DNA from: Callorhinchus milii | Lineage: Eukaryota | Direction: 5' to 3' | Length of the DNA: 64,000 nt | Assembly (NCBI RefSeq): GCF_018977255.1 | Contig: NW_024704742.1 | Coordinates: forward strand, 128,528,001-128,592,000 | Shown here: in pieces, positions 62,331 to 64,000 of the stretch | Layout: the number at the start of each line of letters is the position of its first letter | Numbering within the stretch: position 1 is the stretch's first letter | Translations under genes and position numbers: made by a program | Notes under the pieces: generated by a model | The model's input: the letters and a program-made list of their open reading frames with translations, nothing else | What the model was told of the DNA's origin: nothing | Database searches by the model: none

Positions 62331-63740
62331 CAAAATCAATCACTACACTTGGCAGCAATTGATGCTTTGATACATTTCAATAGGATGCAGTGCCATGAAA
62401 CTGTAAGTTCTATCTTCCTATGTCTTTACAAAGAGTGAGGAAAACAAAAACGTATATATACTTTTACGTCTTCTTCCCAACATGAAACGCACTCTATATA
62501 AATATGTAATGTATTGTATTTGTTTTGGGGAATCTTCATAAAAGAGAAACACGGATAGGAAAATACAGTGTTTGATGTTTATCACATTACATGCTGGATT
62601 TTTCTCCTGACCTGCATCAAAGTGACTTGATGCCATTTAGGGTTTATTTTTTTGCAAATCTAACTATTTGATTATCCTGTACATATAACAAAGATTGTAC
62701 AGTATGTCTCAATGCATCAACTAGTAGCATACTTAATCTGGGGATCTTTCATTCCAAAACTCATTACATCTTGAAAGTTACTGGAGCCATTAATTCCAAT
62801 CTGGAACCTCTCTCTCTGTTTCTTTGTCTCTCTCCTTGGGCTCCACCTGCAGAGATGTATCACTTTGGCCTCTTTTGGGTCAATGCTTTCTTGGCTCATC
62901 TTTGTTCCCCTCCAGCTGCACATCTGCACTTGCAGTTTGCAACTATCTTGTGCTTTGCTGACATTTTCATTGCCATTCAGCAGTTTCCTCCAGTCATTTT
63001 CCTTGTGTTTGATGTTTAAGGTACCTTTGATAATATCATCATCAATCTTTACCTGAAAACCACAGCATCCAGCAAGTCTGGAAGCATATTACAAGGACCT
63101 AGTCTGGAAGCTTATTACAAAGACAAACACCACTTTGCTCCTTTGGGCCATTGAACTCACAATTTAGAATGTCATTCCAATGCAGGGCTGCGGGTGTGCT
63201 GTATTGCTTGAGGTGGCGTCCTTCACATGAGACATTAAATCAAGATCCCAACTGCCTGTTCAGGTGGACGTTGAAGATCGTATGGCATAACTCAAAAAGA
63301 GAGTTTCTTCCAGGGTCAGAGCCTGAATGGGAGGCATGATACCTCCTCCTCTGATTCTCTTGCCAGTGGCGTAACCGGGAATGGAAACCTTTGGTTATTG
63401 CTTGTCCACCATAAATTGGTGTCCACCCAAATTTCCATTCACAGCTACTCCACTGATTTCTTCCAGTGCCCTGGCTAACAATAAAATAAAATTGGGCATT
63501 CACTTCATTTGTGGGAAATTGTCATTCACAAGTTAACTGCCATGTTTGCCTATACTACACTTAAATCTGTAAATCCTGTTAAACAAAATCAATCACTACA
63601 CTTGGCAGCAATTGATGCTTTGATACATTTCAAAAGGATGCAGTGCCATGAAACTGTAAGTTCTATCTTCCTATGTCTTTACAAAGAGTGAGGAAGGCAT
63701 AAACGTATATATACTTTTACGTCTTCTTCCCAACATGAAA
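62331..63740 (+). repeat. 157-bp direct duplication (62331-62487 and 63584-63740)
   Basis: 4 mismatches by eye. Confidence 0.92.
63170..63320 (+). mobile_element. DeuSINE fragment
   Basis: GAGGTGGCGTCCTTCACATGAGACATTAAA...CTGCCTGTTCAGGTGGACGTTGAAGATC. Confidence 0.75.
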
Positions 63741-64000
63741 TGCAAGTTGTTGCTGTTGAGATATCCTCCCAACATAAAAGGCGCTATATAAAAGTAAGAA
63801 TGATTATTAGAATTATTACTATTCAGTTCAATAATGCCAGATGATTTAGCTCTATCTCGCTAAAGTATGATTTCTTTATCATTTACTTCTCTGTGAAACA
63901 TTAGCTGGTTAATTTCCTTGTTGTTATCTCTTTAATTTTCACGGGTTTAACGTAGAATTGATAGAATTGAAGTGGAATATACTGTGTTAGTACATTGGGA

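Overview
AT-rich, repeat-dense vertebrate non-coding DNA. I found no supportable host protein-coding exon, rRNA, genuine tRNA or CRISPR array. The repeat content points to a cartilaginous fish, most likely a holocephalan such as Callorhinchus (inference). It comprises HER1-like CR1 LINEs, abundant L2 LINEs with (TTG)n tails, SacSINE1-like DeuSINEs and a very abundant tRNA-derived SINE with an L2-type tail and (ATT)n end. Every recognisable ORF is a decayed LINE ORF2 fragment, apart from one Tc1/mariner transposase C-terminus. Between the repeats lie unique islands rich in PBX-HOX, MEIS and homeodomain motifs, consistent with a gene desert or large intron of a developmental regulator. The most notable items are: a dense TALE/HOX motif cluster at 44.2-44.35 kb; a chimeric SINE whose subfamilies differ by a module deletion and in the 3' loop shared with a partner L2; covarying L2 3' stem-loops; an LF-SINE-like relic; and three templated rearrangements (a 22-bp fold-back hairpin, a ~115-bp inverted duplication and a 157-bp dispersed duplication). 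I did not find a novel protein-coding system. Repeat boundaries are read by eye (about +/-10-30 bp) and family names come from recalled consensus sequences, not searches.
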